A program made the translations under genes and the position numbers. Under the pieces are notes generated by a model. That model saw only the letters and a program-made list of their open reading frames with translations, searched no databases and was not told the DNA's origin. 64,000 nucleotides of DNA from Isurus oxyrinchus (lineage: Eukaryota): positions 164,052,001-164,116,000 of the forward strand of contig JANJGN010000009.1 in NCBI GenBank assembly GCA_026770705.1, written 5' to 3'. Position 1 is the stretch's first letter, and every line of letters starts with the position of its first letter. Below, one piece after another: positions 47,775 through 61,159 of the stretch.

Positions 47775-50098
47775 GTAAGTGTTACTTTCTACAAACAATG
47801 TGGCGAATGAATGTCTTAAATTCATGTCTATCGAAACTGGTCACTGTTTCAGTTCCTTCAGTCAATCTGAGAAATTGCAACTGGCCAAATTCACTCTCTC
47901 TGGTTCCTCAAACATTCTGAACAAGGTCACTAAGTTGCATTTTTCATGAAAAATGGACAGGATCAGAAAATATCCCCAAAACATGCAAAAATATTGCAGA
48001 ATCTCCAACAAACCCATCGAATCAAAATAGCATTTGATTGACAGAGCTTTCATAAAGCAATTTGTCTATTTCCAGCAGATGGAATTGTGAAATGCAACCT
48101 CCAACTGTTGTGTCCTAGTTTGGGAAGGATATCACTGATAGAATAGAGAAGAATTGAATTAAAATGAACCCTTGGATGAGAGGTTTTAGTCATGAGGAAA
48201 GTATCATCACAACTGAGGTGAATGACCAGCTGGAGGACGTGGAAATTGTTAGAAATTTGGATAAGGTAACTCTAACTATTTCCACTAGTCAGTGAGTCAG
48301 CAACAAGAGAGCATTAACTTTAAAATTATCACTAAAAGGACAAAGGGAGAAATTTGGAGAATTTTATTGATGCAAACTGTTTTTAGGACATGGAATGCCC
48401 AACTGAAATAAGTTTACAAACAAATTTAATAATAGATTTTAAAAGGGAAACAAATGTATGAGGGTGTGGGAAAAGGACAATGAAATGGAATTAAATGAGG
48501 AGATCATTCAGAGAACCAGCATTGGAGCGATGGGCTGAATTCCCTCCCCTGTGTTGTAAAAATTCCATCATTCCGGTCAATATCTCAAATTATCCTGTAT
48601 AAAAAATTTGTTCCCTCCCCATAAAACAATGACCCTGGTTCTGACATAAGGAGGGCTTTAGCCTATTTGAATGTAGCGGTTCAATTTTCTGCAGAGTGGG
48701 TGCAGCATGTTCACCGAGAAACACCAACATGGGCACAAAACAAAGAGAATCACATTTTCACCTGAGCAGCAGGAGACAGGAATTTACATATGCAAATATA
48801 TTGACTCTGGTCATGTGGTCTCTTGCCTCAGTTGTCAGGGAAGAAGGGTGGAATTTTACACCCCCATTGCGCCAGGGACTGGGCTGTAAAATGCAGCCAG
48901 CCATTCTAAACTCCATGCACTCCAGCAGGACCATAAAATCCCACTGTCACAAGGCTCTGAGCAAAGGCTGTCAGCAGCAGGTAGAAATTACCCCTGTAAA
49001 CTGTGTTTGTACTGGAGTTGTCAGCAGGGACTCAGTTCCACTCTGACCTTTGATGCCAGTCTTTTGTAGTTACAAGTTCCCCTTAAGAATTAAAATTCAG
49101 GCTGATACCACTGTCCAGCACTGAGGTAGTGCTATACTGGTGGTGGTGCTGCTGTGTAGATGAGGTGTTAAACTGAGGATCCACATCCCCCTTAGGTAGA
49201 TGTAAACATTTCCAGGGTATTATTCACAGAATAGGGAAGTTCTCCTGGTGTCCTTGAAGCCTTTATTCCTCAACCAATACACACAAATTGGGAGCAGGAG
49301 CAGGCCACTTGGTCTTTTGAGCCTGTTAATGTCACTACAAAACAGATCATCTAGTGAATGTTTTACTGATGTTTGTGGGGCTTTATTGTGTAGGAATGAA
49401 CTTCCACGTTTCCCAACATTAAAACTTTGGCTTTACTTCAAAAAAGTACTTCATAGGCTCTGAAGCACTTTGGAATATCCCAAGGTTGTGAAAGGTGATG
49501 AATCAGCACAACTTGTTTCTTACTTTTTGAAACAAACCATTTATTAAAATACATCTGAACCAATTATCTGAGTGCAAACTGCAGGGGGGGGAGGGGGAGG
49601 GAGGAGCCAGTCCCAGCAGCAAGGTGGTCATTATAATTAAATGGTCCGAAAATCACTGGCAGGTTTGAGACATTCATGGTCAGTGGGTGAAGATTCTCAT
49701 CTTTACTGCAAGCTCAGAAAACTGCCCCCAAAGTGCAGAAAGTGACCATTGCCAGTATTAGGATGTGACTGTTTAATGTGTTCACATGAAATTCATGTCA
49801 AGAATGTGTATCTCTGGATTGCAGTCCACCAACTTGAGCCCTTACCAGGCCCACTTCTAACTCTGTCCCACCAACTCTCAGATATAGGAAAGAATGTGGA
49901 ATTACCAGTAAAGATAGATCACCATCAGGTATCAGCAACCTCTCCACTTGTGACCAGAGAGGGGTAAATTACACAGAAATCAATTCTACCTGCCAGGCTT
50001 TTCCTCAATTAATGAGGTTCCATTTGACAATGATGCTCTCTCAGTTGACTACAAGTGAAAATGAGGTGAATCTGAATGTTATTCCCTTGTGTCAACAG

Positions 50099-50216
50099 GA
50101 CCTGAGTATTGTTGTGAAGCTTGTACAAGAGTATCACCAACTACATATTTGACAAGTACAGATATAATTTCCACTACCAATCGAGCCACAACTTCAGATC
50201 CCGAAAATGCTGAAAG
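50099..50216 (+). CDS. Gene B, stalk exon (Cys-enriched)
   Basis: gtcaacag| ... GAAAG|gtacaa. Translates GPEYCCEACTRVSPTTYLTSTDIISTTNRATTSDPENAE. Confidence 0.88.
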
Positions 50217-51560
50217 GTACAATGTTCTCATGGATTGGCATTGCTTCCATATGTGAGAGATACAATTGGCCAAAGGAGTGAAAGTTGTTCATTAATTGTA
50301 AAGTAGCTCATCAGAATGGAAATGGTGGCTGGGTTTATATCATGCTGTTGTGTTAGCTTCTTAATGAGGCTGCATTTTTCTGTTGGAAAATACAAGCAAG
50401 GAGTGAGCTTTTCCATTGTGTTGCCGCTCAGATGGTGTTTTTTGCCTTATTCACCTTGATTACTTCACCGCTAAGGTAACCTCACAGTGTGTGAGGAGTT
50501 GTACTTGTCAAACTTACCTTGCTGCTGTCTACACTGACAGAGTGGTTGTATTTGGGCTGATGAAAAGGAAGAATTAGCGTGATATATCTGCACATCCCTT
50601 GGTTTCACTAATGAGAGACATCTTGCAACTCTGGTCCCGTTTCCATATGATTAGCCTGAGCTGTCGACAATAAGTAGCAGAAATTGTAGTCCGATGTAAA
50701 CACTCAGGAACCGGGTCTTTGAAGTTACAATGGTGATAAAGAGAAAACGCCAACTAAATGTCAAACAGAAAGAGGGACAGTTGGAAATGGGCAGCAGGTA
50801 TGTCCGCAGCTGTGGAGAAAATAAACACGTTCATGGTTTGGGTGCAGACACTTCTTCAGAATTCTAGTCCACACACGAAGCGAAGCAGGTCCACTCACCC
50901 CACAGATCCCAACTGAGCTGCTGAATGTTTCCAGAATCTTCTGTTTTCCATTCATATTTCTAGCACATGCAGTGCACTTACTTTTATCCAGATTATTGTC
51001 AATGATTTAAAAAGTATTGAAAGTCTAGGGTCTGAATTTTCCGCTCGGCGGGGGTGGGGGTGGGGTAGAGCGGGAGCGAGCACGGGCAGCTGTGGACCCC
51101 ATCGCCATCCACCATCGGGTTTTTGACGCCATTTTGCGCGGGCGGCCAATTTAGGCCATCCCAGCGTATTTCCCGGCTCCCGAGGATAGCGGCAGTGGGC
51201 GAGAAGCGGGGGGTGTGCACAGACAACCGGGTCCAATGGTGACCCAGCGGCCTGTTTAAATGAAGGCCTGGCAGCCTGTTCCAGCTGCTCACAATGGCCA
51301 GTGCAAAGAATTTTCACTTACAATTCCGCTTAGCCTTACAGTTAGACATTATGGACATGCTAAAGAAATTTGCTTCGTTTGATTTTTATCTAATGATCAT
51401 GAAGTTGATAAGTAGAACTTTAGTTGATTCTTTCAGCTAAAGTCCCTTGTCTACTTTATGTTGCTGCAAAAAATTACAGTGTAAAGCGGAGAGTCATGTT
51501 TCAAAAATGAAACAGTCTCATTTCATTTAAATGGTTTGATATTTCTTCTCTTTTGCTCAG

Positions 51561-51651
51561 TTACATTATCTGGGATGTGATACGCTGGGTGCTCTTTACT
51601 CTCCTGGTGATTTGTGCTGTTTCGGGCACATGGTGTACGAGAAAATCTAAG
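51561..51651 (+). CDS. Gene B, transmembrane exon with charged residues (Arg, Asp); the downstream terminal exon is unresolved
   Basis: tcttttgctcag| phase 2, matching the stalk donor; donor AAG|gtgaga. Translates SYIIWDVIRWVLFTLLVICAVSGTWCTRKSK. Confidence 0.87.
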
Positions 51652-51696
51652 GTGAGAGTTATGGACTGTATAAGAATCATTATGGGCAGTTTGCAA

Positions 51697-52621
51697 TGTT
51701 ATGATGTGGCAGATGATGTGTGTCAGGCAGACCAAATCCACGAGTGAAACTTGGTCGAGCTGTCACAACGGTTTTGCAATTTATATTTATTATGAGATGC
51801 ATGCACTGAATTCAGACACCATAAGTCTACCAAACTTTTAGAGATTTAAAAAATATATCGTTAAATATATTTATTAGCAAAAGATAGATTTCAATTACAT
51901 ACATAAGTCTACTAATTTCTTCTATAATAACTCGTAAAATTCCTAATTAGCCTCACTCCCAGTTACACCTCCTTTAAGGCAACTGTACAAAGAATAGATA
52001 TTAGGTTTCAAGCAGATCCAGCAAATTGACACAATGATCTAGACAGTGGAATTCCAAATGGCTTTCACCAGCTTCAGTTTCGTTAGACAGCAGGCTTATG
52101 CACAAATGCTGGAGGCTTCATTAAGGCTACTTCAAACACATCTGTTAGGTCTCATATGGACTTCTCCTGACACATAGCCTCATTCTCCTTTATATATGTT
52201 TCCCTCTATTTAACATGTAAACCCTATTGTTTCAGATACCTTTGAAACTGTGTCTTCCTCACAATGTAAAAACTTTCATGTCGATACTATATATTGTCAG
52301 TAACCTTTGAGATAAAGAAACACATTCCTTCATCTTGCTTAGCTGCCTAATTGTAAAGAGACTAAAATACTTTTGAAATCCAAATCTCCCTTCATTTATC
52401 TAAAAAGGCAAATTCCCTTTACACTTTACTTGCTAAACCAGTATCCATGTTTACTCATTAGCATGTCAAATACCTAGCTTCTTTTGTTGAGTTATATCAT
52501 GCCATCTACCTGATTCCAAATGTAATTAAATCTCACACAGACAGACCCAAACACTTACCCCCATAAACCGACTCCACAATAAAGCAGAAAATATTATGAA
52601 AATTATTATACTTTCATGACA
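51697..52621. mobile_element. Probable solo LTR
   Basis: TGTTATGA...TCATGACA ends, flanks gcaa/gtaa. A related diverged copy at ~55806-59703 is split by the Harbinger element. Confidence 0.55.
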
Positions 52622-52731
52622 GTAAATTCTCCATCAATTATTTCAAAAACATTGATCACAGATATTGTCAAGAAAAACTTGCATTGATGTTAAGGTCCAC
52701 AGATTGAAACAAGGTGTTTTACAGATTCTAT

Positions 52732-53650
52732 GGGCAGAATCATCTGAGATTTGCACAAAATGCCGTAGTGAGTGGGAAAAAGGACATCCCGGGTGTGAAA
52801 AAACAGCACAGACCAAGACCCTGATTTCCCAGTTTTTACTGGTGTTCCATGTTAAAGTATATGAGCCCCACTCAGGCCCGTATTCTTATTTCCCATTTTT
52901 TACTGTTTGTCCCTTCTGGGATATTATCCGCCGGCTGCAATGGCAGATTTTCACACCTTATTATCCTATTCCTGGCACATCCCACCTCATTAATTATGCG
53001 TTCACTGGAAACACACCGGGTCGCTGGTGGGAAGGCCTCTGACGCGCCACCCCACCGTCACCTCAGGCCTTCATTTATCCAGACGCCCTATTTAAAGGCC
53101 GTTCCTGCAGAGAGATAGCTCTCTCTAAGGCATCAGAAACTGCTAGGAATTCATAGCTGCCAAAGGGAGGAAACATGTTGCATCCAAAATTGAGCACTGC
53201 CTCCCTCAGCCTACTGGGCACTGTGAGAGCTGCCGTGAAGTCCTCTACCCCAATTCTAGGCGAAGACCAACAAGCACAGCAACAAATCTAGCATGGGTGG
53301 TGGTGGCAGCAGTGGTCAGTGCCAATGCACTGCTAAAGAGGACAGCCACCCAGCGCTGAAAGAGGATGAATGGTCACCTTCTTTTTGCTAGGTTAAATCA
53401 CTTTTCTCATCACTCACAACTCAAAAACCCATCACACATTCACTGGGATCTCACTCAATACCAGTTCAAGGGACATCACCATTCTCCCTCTCACACACAC
53501 CTTCCTCTGCCCTGCCGATCCTGTCTTCATCCATGGCACCACTTACCACCCACACGTGCCGGGTGCCCTCCTCATGTGGCCTGGCAGGCACCCTGCTTAC
53601 GCTCTCTCCATCTGTTTTCCTGCAGAACAAGCTGGATGATGTCAGGGATC
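52732..53650 (+). mobile_element. Harbinger-like left-end fragment with decayed Myb/SANT exon
   Basis: GGGCAGAAT terminus; AWVVVAAVVSANALLKRTATQR*KRMN remnant at ~53291-53371. Confidence 0.65.
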
Positions 53651-53744
53651 TGACACTTACTGAGAATATAGGAGTCACGGACACTCCCTTGGAATCGCAC
53701 GCAGACCCGTGGAAGCTCTTGCTGTTTGTTTAAATATTTCTTGC

Positions 53745-54900
53745 CATTCCATCTCATAATCATCTTTCTCCCTCTTTATTCATTTTTTGGTCATCCGCTG
53801 CTGGTTCCTAAAAAGTTCCTAATCCTCAAGCATACCATTAGTTTTCCCCCCTTTTTATACTTTAGTTGTTGATTGGATACTCTCCTTGACTGCCGTCGTT
53901 AACCATGGGTGGTTCATCCTTCTCATCAAGTCCTTCCTTTTGAGCGGGATAAATTTTTTCTGAGCGTTATGAAATATTTACTTAAATGTCTGCCACTGCT
54001 CACCCACTGACCTTCCTGTTAGTCTATTCTCCCAGCCAACTCTTCCTTCATAACTCTGTAATTGGCCTTATTTAGGTTGAGGACACTGGTTTTAGAGACG
54101 AGCTGCTCACCCTCAAACAGAATTTCAAATTCTACAATGTTGTGTGATCGCTATCCCCTAGAGGATCCCTAACTACACGATCTCTTATGAATCCTACCTC
54201 ATTACGCATTGCTAGATGCAAAATAGCCTGTTCCCAAGTAGGTTATGCAACATATTGCTGAAAGAAACTATCCTTGGTACACTCTACAAATTTGTCTTCC
54301 AAGTTAGCCCTGCCTATCTGATTTCTCCAGTCAATATGCAGATTAAAATAATCCATGACAATTGTAGAACCCTTCTTACATGCCTACATTATTTCCCAAT
54401 TTATGCTTTGTCCTACAGTGAGCAAACTCTTTGGAGGCCCATAGATGAGTCCAACGCATGGCTCGTTCCCCTTACTAATTGTTATTTCTACCCAAACTGA
54501 TTCCACATCACGATCTATGCCAGCTATGTCACCACCGCACTGATACCTTCATTTATTAACAAAGCTACCCCACCTCCTTTTCCTTTTTGCCATTTTTTCC
54601 GGATTGTCGAATACCCTTGAATATTGAATTCCCAGTCTTGGTCACCCTGCAACCATGTCTCTGTCATGGCTATCAAGTCATATCCATATATTTCTATTTG
54701 TGCCGTCAACTCATCTGCCTGCATTCAGATAACATGCCTTAAGCTTGGATTGTTTACCATTATTGCTCATTCTGGTTCTCATTTCTGCTGCACTCTTCTG
54801 CTCCTTGTCCTGCCCCTTCTCATCATACTTTGATTACCATTCGCCTCTTCACTACCCTGTACTTCTGCTCTCTCATTTCCTTTAGATGTTTTAAACTTCC
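53745..54900 (-). mobile_element. CR1 LINE endonuclease-region fragment
   Basis: YDLIAMTETWLQGDQDWEFNIQGY...KGGGVALLI. Confidence 0.82.
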
Positions 54901-56593
54901 CTTCAATTGTCCCTGTTACTATGATCCCATGTAACCCATCCATAATAGAAACATTCCATAGTTTAATCTAATCTTCCAAAATAATCGATACAAGAAAAGG
55001 AAGCGAGGAAATGGAGGCAGAATCTAACAGAGCACCAGGGATGATTGTTTTTCAACAAGAACACAAGGAGACGTAAAATTATACAGACTGCAACAGGAGA
55101 CTGAGATACAGACCCAAGAGAATTGTTACTGGAAGCAGCAATTGCACTGTATAAAATATATTTAATAAAGTAGCCACAGCAATCAATTTCTACCCAAAAC
55201 GCCAGTTGCAGGGGAACATTAGTTACCCATGAGAAAATGGTGTTACATCTCTTCAAGAGGGGCACAACTGATAACTTTTCCCAGCACACATGCAATGGGT
55301 GAGGAGTGTGATGTTGCCACAGCTCCAGCTCATCACAAGCTTTGCCTCGATTTGTCGGCATAGCCAGAATTCTGTTCACATGTAAAATAATGCATCGTTC
55401 TCAGTCTCAATTAATCTGGTGATTTTCAGTTCCAGACACTCAACGAATCAGATCCTCACAGCTTGACCTAAGAGGGAAAATGAAGATTCCGGGGTTACAT
55501 CTACATTGATGGAATTTTTCATCCTGACAAAATATTCATTATTCGTCGAGCTTTGAATTTCTTTTAATAATTCTACAGAATAAAAATCGATTTTCTCATC
55601 AAATAATTTTGACCATTAAATTAGTGGAGCAATCAAAAAGCAAAATGATGGCTGCGAACTTCAAATTGTATATCTACATCCTGACAATAATTTCTCTGTT
55701 TGCTGCCTTAGTGTCTACACAACTTTATTTCTTGTTTTAAGACTATCAAATTCTTTAAGAAATAAGCAACTTGAAAAGTTCATTTATTGGAAACCAATCG
55801 CTTCATATTATGATGCAGCTGAGCTAAATGCTGAGCGGTTCAAATCCAGGAGGGAAACTTGAACCAACTGTCATAACTAACTGTTGCAAATTGTATGATG
55901 AAGGTGCAGGCTTTAAATTCAATAGTAATAAGACGACTGAGTCTCAACAGGTTTTTATAAAACTAAATTAAACATTTATTAATACAAGAAAGATTGTGAG
56001 CACATGCATATGTTGACAAAATTACTACTATAATGTCTACAAAAATCCCCTAATTAATCTGGCTCCAAGTTATACCTCCGTTAAGGCATCAGTAAAACAC
56101 ATGGATTTAAACAGACCCTGGGCAAAGCTCACTCTGGACAGTCACATTCAAATTGAGTTTCTTTCAGCTCTGGGTCTTTGCAGACAGCGGCTTGAGGCTT
56201 ACGGACTGGAGGCTTTAGTTCTTAGAATCGCTCTCCTTTTTACCAACAGCCTTCTAATCCTTTTTACATATTTTTCTCTTTGAATGCAATTTTCATTCTA
56301 CCACTATTTCATTTGAAATTTTAACACTTCAAATAATAAGACACTTTCATGCGACCCACTTTATTAGTAATCCTTGGGAAAAATAAACAAACACACAGTT
56401 TCTGAGCTTCACCTGGTTAGGTGTAATATTTCACACCATCTCTGAACCCAAGGTAGGGGAGTTAGTTTAAAGAAAAAATGCAAATTGCCCCCATATTTAC
56501 CTAAGTAACATTTCAAACCTACTCCTTTTCTATACATCAAAGCCTCTAGACAAGCTGGCTTTAATCCAATTAGGACACACACACACACACAGA

Positions 56594-59500
56594 GGGCAGG
56601 ATTTTCCGAGCCCGCTGGCAGCAGGTGTAATAAGTGGCATGTGTGGATAATATGGTGTGAGCTGCTTCACAATGGCAGCATGAAGGCAGGTTGTGATCGT
56701 CCGCTCAGCCCACCTACAGCGGGTCGTGCTTCCCGCTATCGGTCAGCGGGGAGCTAATTGTTATACATCAGCATGTAATTAAAAGGCCATCCTGCCAGGC
56801 TCTTGGAACCCGGCCGTATCCTCTGTCCACGTTAGCGGGAAAGCACGCCGACGTGATTCACAACAGCACACAGGCAATTTGTACCTGGTGGCCTTGACTC
56901 TGGGGGAAATGGGGTGAGTGAGCAGCAGCGTTCTCCACAGCTTGCCTGTTGTTTACAGGCTTCAGGGATGCCTGACCCCGGATGTGACTGCTGAGAGGGG
57001 GGTGCCGGGGGGGGTAAGAGCTGGCCAGCCTCGTAGGTGAATGCTGAGGGCAAGGTGTCTAGTGGCAAGTGCTGGCTGCCTTGGAGGTGGATACTGAGGG
57101 GGAGATGTCCAGGGTCATGTGATGACCAACCTCAGAGGCGAATGGTGTCGGTGGCTCCATGCTCAGGACCATCTCAGATGCAGCCATTAAACTTAAGACG
57201 CATCTGGTGCTGTGTCCTCCTTCAGCAACTCAGCCCTTTCAGGAGCTGGTGCGCAGTATTACTGGTCACAGATGCTGGTGTGATGGGGGTCAGTCCCACC
57301 TTAAAGATGCTGAGAGCTCACAGAGAGAATGAGAGAACTCTGTGGGGCCTGCCCACTCCATTCTGGCTGCAATGCCCAGCACCGCCGAGGTGTGGGCATC
57401 AGTAATGTGTCCAGGGAGTGTGAGGCTGGACCATCACTGTTATCTGAAGGTTGCACAGAGCACAGGGAAAAGGCCCTGGACTCATACACCTGCCCTTTAT
57501 CTTGCACAGGAAGGTTTCACATCTGAGTGACAAGAACACTGCTCATCAGAACAAGGAGCCACAGGCAGGGTGACGTTCTTCGGAGTTTACCAACAATAGT
57601 GAACAATATGTACATGTGACCAACACCCGTACCCAGGCTGTGCAACTACATTTCCCTAACTTTCCTAACTCTATCACTACATCTTGCTGCTCCCCGGACA
57701 TCCACAGCAGAGGTGGAGCTAACCCGCTGCATGTGACGCCCTGTCTGTGATGACACTGGTGGGCGTCCTCTGGAGGGCTGAGACTTGGTGGGCCCCTGCC
57801 TGCTTTCGGGGTCCTGCTGTGTGGTAGTGGCCCCCTCCTCGGCCTGGGGGGCTGGAGCTGCTGAGATCCTAGGAAGAGGGGAGTCGGGTTGGCCAGTCAC
57901 TCCCAGAACCTCCTGAGTCGATGGCCCCGGAGTGTGTACCTGCTGCTCCTCCTCCCTATCGGTGTCTGATGGCCCCTGGCTGACTCTGAGAGCGGAGGGT
58001 GTAGCTGGAGTGAGATTGAGCTAATTGTAACCCCTCTCTCATATACACTGTTGGAGGGTAAATATAGCATCAGCGATGGAGTTCACCATGCACAGCAGCA
58101 CAGGAGTGACGTCCTGGGCCAAGGTCTCCATGGCAGCTGCCATCCTGCCAGTGTTGACCTCGGTGTATTGCAGCGCCGGAGTTATCACCTCAACCTGAAG
58201 ATAGACGGACCCCTCCATCATGCCTTGCAATCTGAGGAGTGCAGCGGGCATCCCTTCCTGATGTTCCCGAGCTTGCCTTTGCAATTCCAGTAACTGTGAC
58301 ATGACCGAGCCCAGAGGCTGTCATCTGACTCGGACTCAGCAACATTGTGGCCTCCAGCATCCTCTGAGGGGCAGGGGACCTGGGAAGTCCCTGCCTCCAC
58401 CTGCTGTAGATCAAACAGTGCGATGTGCTCCCAGATTGTGATCCTCAGGCTACTCTAAAGCTAGGTCCCACTGAGGTGTGTGTCTCTGCGCTGGCAGAGG
58501 CTGTGGGTGAGCTCTGTGACGGAACTTCAGGGAGAGTGCCTTCCGATTCCTCTTCAGAGGTTTCTTCAGGAGACCCTGGGTCATGGACTCTGTCGGCTGC
58601 TTCCCAGATGTGTCTGTGAAAGCAAGGGGAGATAATGAGTGCATGGCAGTGGCCTGTGATAAAGGACACATCACTCACAGCATGGTTATCTGATGGGTGT
58701 TGCACCGCTGGACCCTCACTTGATAGGGCAGTGCCAACCTTACCATCAGCACAGGACCGGCCCCGATCATTGCCGGTCAGCTGGATGGCTCTGCTTTCGA
58801 ATTCTGTCAGAACTTTGATCTCCGGCATCCCTCCACCTGTCTCTGACCTTTCCCCCCTGTTGTGTGCCTGTTTGTCCTGTGTGGATATGGATGGGGACAG
58901 TGTGTCAGGATGCCTGCAGGGGACAGATGATAAGTATGCCTGGCCTGTGTGGGTGGGGAGTGGTCCCGTGGATAGGGTGAGAACAATGAAGGTGTATGTG
59001 AACAGGTGAATGGTGACGTCCCATGCACTGGCAGTGAGTGAGGGCCCTGTAGATGTGTGATGGGTTTGTGAGTGTGTGAATTGGGTTTGTGAAAAGAGTG
59101 ACTTACCCTGGAGGAACGGAGGAGATCATTCATCCTTTTGCGGTACTGGGTGACTGTCCTCCTCTGCAGGACGTTCACACTGACCACCGCTGCCTCCACC
59201 TCCCAAGCCGGGTTGGGTACTTTGCTGCCCACCCTGCGGTCAGAGCGTGGGGTAGAGCACATGCCGGTGCCCCTCCACGGCATCCAGCAGTCGCTTGAGG
59301 GACCCATCAATGAAGCAGGGGTCTGCAGTCTTTTTTCCCTCTGCTGGCCATGTCTCCCAGGCAGGGGTGGTGAGCTGGTGGCGATGAGCGCTTTGATGGT
59401 AGCTGCCTTTTAAAGATGGTGGCCAGCGTGATGTAACAGCGGGGTGATGGTGCGTGGGCGAATGAGAGCCCGCTTGCCATGGAAACGGTGTGTTTCACGG

Positions 59501-59627
59501 GGGTGAATAAATAATGAGCCGGGTTCAGGATGATATGGTGTGAAAACCCGTCATCTTCGTCGGCAGGTAGGACTCCATTTTACCCACCCGCTACCGCACT
59601 TAGTGCAATTCTGGGAAAATTCTGCCC
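56594..59627 (-). mobile_element. Non-autonomous Harbinger/PIF-like DNA transposon retaining a decayed Myb/SANT (MSANTD-like) gene
   Basis: TIRs GGGCAGGATTTTCC / GGAAAATTCTGCCC. Minus strand gives MASRGKK...PAWEVEAAVVSVNVLQRRTVTQYRKRMNDLLRS|gtaagt. No intact transposase seen. Confidence 0.8.
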
Positions 59628-60303
59628 ACAGATACAGACACCACTAAACTCTCATTTAAAATAATTTCCAATAACATTATAAACATTAATATAATGCTTC
59701 ACACTTCAATAATATGTGTTACATGGGATGGAACCTTTATAACTGTAGAATGGGAGACCCACAGGTATAATAAAGAAGGTGTTTTCCTTTTAGAAACCTG
59801 ATATGATCTTAATGTTATTATGTTATGATTTTTATCCATATTTTAGCAAATACAATCTACACTTGTGAGGAATTCCCTGTTTCCTAATGACCACAAGCGC
59901 AGTTTCAAGCACGAAGCCTGATTCCCTGTTTGACCACCTCCTCTCTTGCCCCCTCCATTGCCTCTGTGCTGTCAGACTGCCTGTCCAGCTGTTTGTCCAA
60001 CAGCCAGTCCCAAATTACAACTGAACATTGTGAAGACTGAAGCCACTGTCTTTGTCCCCACTACAAACACTTTTCCTTATAGCCACTGATTGTATGCACC
60101 TCCCTGTCCAATTGAGTTTTCATCCAATGTTGTTCTTACCTACAAATTCGACTGCTCCAATACCATCCTAGTTGACCTTACATCTTCCACCCTGAACCAA
60201 CTTAAGCTCATCAAAACCTTTGCTGCCAGTTTTACGATGAGTAAGGCTCTATATCAATGCAAGTTATTGTTCTTGTGCTCCACACTTCCCAGTAGGAAAT
60301 AAC

Positions 60304-60770
60304 ATGTTGGACCAGAAAGTGCAGGAGAGGTTTAGAGGAATGGTTCCAAGAAGAAGCAACTTCAGTTACGAAGATAGATTGGAGAGATTGGGACTGTTCT
60401 CCTTGGGAAGGAGAAGGCTAAGAGGAGATTTAATCGAGGTGTTCAGAATCATGAGGGGGCTGGATAGAGTAGAGAGGGAGAAACTGTTCCCACTCGTAAA
60501 AGGGTTGAGAACAAGAGGGCACAGATTTAATGAGATTTGCAAGAGAAGCAACTGTGATGTGAGAAATGAACATTTCCACATGAGTAGCTCGAGTTTGGAA
60601 AGCGCTGCCTAGAGTGTGGTGGATGCAAGTTTAATTGAGTCTTTCAATGCAGCATTAGATTATTATTTGAATAGAAACAATGTGCAAGGATACAGGGAAA
60701 AATCAGGAGAATGGCACGAAGTCATATTGCTCATTTGGAGAGCCAGTGCAGACACGATCGGCCAGGTGGT
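60304..60770 (+). mobile_element. CR1 LINE 3' end nested in/next to L2 fragments (~59920-60270)
   Basis: KVQERFRGMVP..SYEDRLERLGLFSLGRRRLRGDLIEVFRIM. Confidence 0.85.
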
Positions 60771-61159
60771 CTCTACTGGATTCTACTGGACATCAGAAAT
60801 CCAGTAGGGATTCCAGTTGCTTCAGCTAAATTGAGCTGGAACCACAGCACCTGTTCCCAATTGGACTAGGAGTCAGAGAGGGACAATGCAAGAACTGGGG
60901 CATAAACTCTCATTCAATGGGTGGTGCAGTCTGAGGAGGACCTGAGAAGGCTTCGAGAGAAAGGTGGGAAAGTGGGAGAAAGGGAGACAGAGTCAGAAGC
61001 ATCCGTTACATTTTCCCCAGAGTTGGTCACTCTGGCAGGATCAGCATCAGCCTCAGGGAAGGAGGCAACAGTGGAGGAGACGACAGTGGCGGAGGTGGAG
61101 GTGGCGATAGCAGCGGAACTGAAGGTTGCAGTGAAGTCAGCAACAACAGTGGAGAAGGA

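Larger units (their letters stand above)
40691..51024 (+). repeat. Segmental duplication, copy 2
   Basis: Matches 1-16622. Lacks the segments at ~2650-8288, ~8503-9689, 11431-11571 and ~11870-12873. Has extra sequence at ~44330-45735 and ~45820-46060. Confidence 0.95.
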
